A stretch of 32,624 bases of DNA from positions 45,445,268 through 45,477,891 of the forward strand of contig NC_068982.1 in the NCBI RefSeq assembly GCF_001194135.2, read 5' to 3'. Positions 30,621 to 32,624 of this stretch are shown one piece after another (the first letter of the stretch is position 1; the number at the start of each line of letters is the position of its first letter). The position numbers and the translations under genes were made by a program. Origin of the DNA: Octopus bimaculoides (taxonomy: Eukaryota). The notes below the pieces were generated by a model that ran no database searches, was not told where the DNA came from, and was given only the letters and a program-made list of their open reading frames with translations.

Positions 30621-31550
30621 AAGCTTACAAGGGGTTATATGTTGTGTGTAAAACAGAATTCTGTCTACAATACTTCATTAATACTTCCTGCAAATACTCA
30701 ATTTTCAACATCAAGTAGCACAAATTTAAAGAGTAAAAGTAGAGGAAACTATCTACAAAATAAGGGAAAAACCTGTAAATAAACAAATTACATACTATAG
30801 AAATTTCAAACTTAATTAATATTGCTACTGACAGATAATAGCTACCAGATGTGTTTATGAAAGCTGTAAAATAATTTACTGCTCTCAGTTCTCATATATT
30901 ACACATACAACAAGCTTGTAATTCTATATTTTCAAAAAGCATTCCTAAAGCTTAATATAAGATAAGTAATAGCGACAGTGGTAGTGGCATTATATCTATA
31001 TCTATATATCTCTATATATATATTTTCATTCTGATTAAAAAGTTTTGGGATGTTGCTAAGGTAATAGAGATGAAGTATGCACTATGAAGTTGCTTAGCAC
31101 AAGTTATCTTGAGCTTTGTTGTTCATGCTCACTAAGTTATAACATTCTCACTCACTTCTGTTGTTTAAAGCAGTGATTCAAAGTAAAGTGTGTAGAGTGT
31201 GGTTGTTTCAGATCCTTGTGGTTTTTGTCACTGTTTACAATTATCTATAAAAAAATTTTTTAATGTATCATATAGATGTAATTTTTGACACTGAATCCAA
31301 ATTTGTCATTCGTTTATTCCAGAAAAATTTTACAAAAATGTTACAGGTGTTCAAAGTTTGATCATTTTCAGGATTTTCAGCCAATCAGAAAACAGTGCAT
31401 TCGCTGCCTCTTCTATCATCAGGGGGAGCGGGGCATTAGCATGTCAAAACATTAAACAAGCTATTCGAGCAAATTAAATTTTCAAAAGCTACGAACAAAC
31501 AAACTAACAGGAGTTGCTAGAAATAACAGTCAAACTGTTAAGATATACTA

Positions 31551-31954
31551 TTTACTCTTTTACTCTTTTACTTGTTTTAGTCATTTGACTGTGGCCATGC
31601 TGGAGCACCACCTTTAGTCGAGCAAATCGACCCCAGGACTTATTCTTTGCAAGCCCAGTACTTATTCTATCGGTCTCTTTTGCCGAACCGCTAAGTTATG
31701 GGGACGTAAACACACAAGCATCGGTTGTCAAGCAATGTTGGGGGGACAAACACAGACACACAAACACACACACACATATATATATACATATACATATATA
31801 CGACGGTCTTCTTCCAGTTTCCGTATACCAAATCCACTGACAAGGCTTTGGTCGGCCCAAGGCTATAGTAGAAGACACTTGCCCAAGGTGCCATGCAGTG
31901 GGACTGAACTCTGAACCATGTGGTTGGTAAGCAAGCTACTTACCACACAGCCAC
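31551..31954 (-). mobile_element. Near-intact SINE family D
   Basis: Head gtggctgtgtggtaagtagcttgcttaccaacc, B-box-like agagttcagtccc, internal (TA/TG)n, (AAGAGTA) tail. Confidence 0.9.
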
Positions 31955-32230
31955 AACACGAGCAAAGTTAATATTAAAACATTCACAAGCAAATTAAATA
32001 TTTAAAAGCTATGAACAAGCCAAAAGAAGTTGCTAGAAATAACAATGAAATCATTGCTTAAAACAGACATTTATAAGTTTTAAAAATTCAAGAACGCAAG
32101 TTTGCAATACACTCTAGGATTTTATAAAATAAATCATCTTTCTCGTATCTCCTCCTCCACATACATACATACACACGCATATATATATGTATATATACAT
32201 ACATACTATACATACACATATGTGTATACA

Positions 32231-32263
<33 letters not shown>

Positions 32264-32318
32264 GTGTACGTGTATGCAATCTAAATAGGAAGACAAAGAA
32301 AGAGTTTATCATGTGGCG

Positions 32319-32518
32319 TAGATTTTTCTACACCTGAAGAATTTTGATCTTACTTAAGACTATAATCCAAGAGTATAGATAGCATAAAACTCAGGATGAA
32401 TGCTGCATCAGAGATCCTCCATCTTCCTACCTTCTCAGGACCTCATCCTGAGATTTAGGCGATCTATACTCTTGCTTTATAGTCTTAAGACCAAAATTCT
32501 TCAGATGTAGAAAATCTA
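32319..32518. mobile_element. Fold-back element / MITE with ~80-bp TIRs, TA at both ends
   Basis: 32319-32399 is reverse-complementary to 32443-32518; 43-nt loop. Confidence 0.75.
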
Positions 32519-32624
32519 GGCCTAATGGTAAACTCTTTCTCTATCTTCTTATTTAGGTTGCACACACACACACATGCACATATATATAGTATGTATGTGT
32601 GTGTATATATATATATATATATAT

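Overview
Eukaryotic, AT-rich, microsatellite- and retroposon-dense scaffold sequence with five N-gaps. The repeat families and architecture suggest a coleoid cephalopod, probably Octopus (inference). Almost none of the supplied ORFs are genes. The real gene is spliced and nearly invisible to the ORF track: the last 11 coding exons (484..28250, + strand, 1134 nt, 377 aa + stop) of a complement C3-like thioester-protein family gene. All introns are GT-AG with compatible phases. The protein runs from the end of the TED through CUB-g/MG8 and the anchor to the C345C/NTR domain; the thioester motif lies upstream of the window. Introns hold tRNA-derived SINEs, 3'-end copies and fragments of RTE LINEs, a Penelope RT-linker/GIY-YIG relic, two mariner relics, hAT MITEs with 8-bp TSDs and several long hairpins. 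The most striking non-coding signal is a set of hammerhead-ribozyme-like motifs in Penelope-type repeats. The best case is a ~205-bp inverted pair (15979-16769) whose two mutated arms together reconstruct a textbook type I hammerhead. Weaker hammerhead-like cores lie in a 152-bp tandem unit at the window start and at ~13.6 and ~17.4 kb. Most copies are mutated at the same C11.1-G12 CpG.
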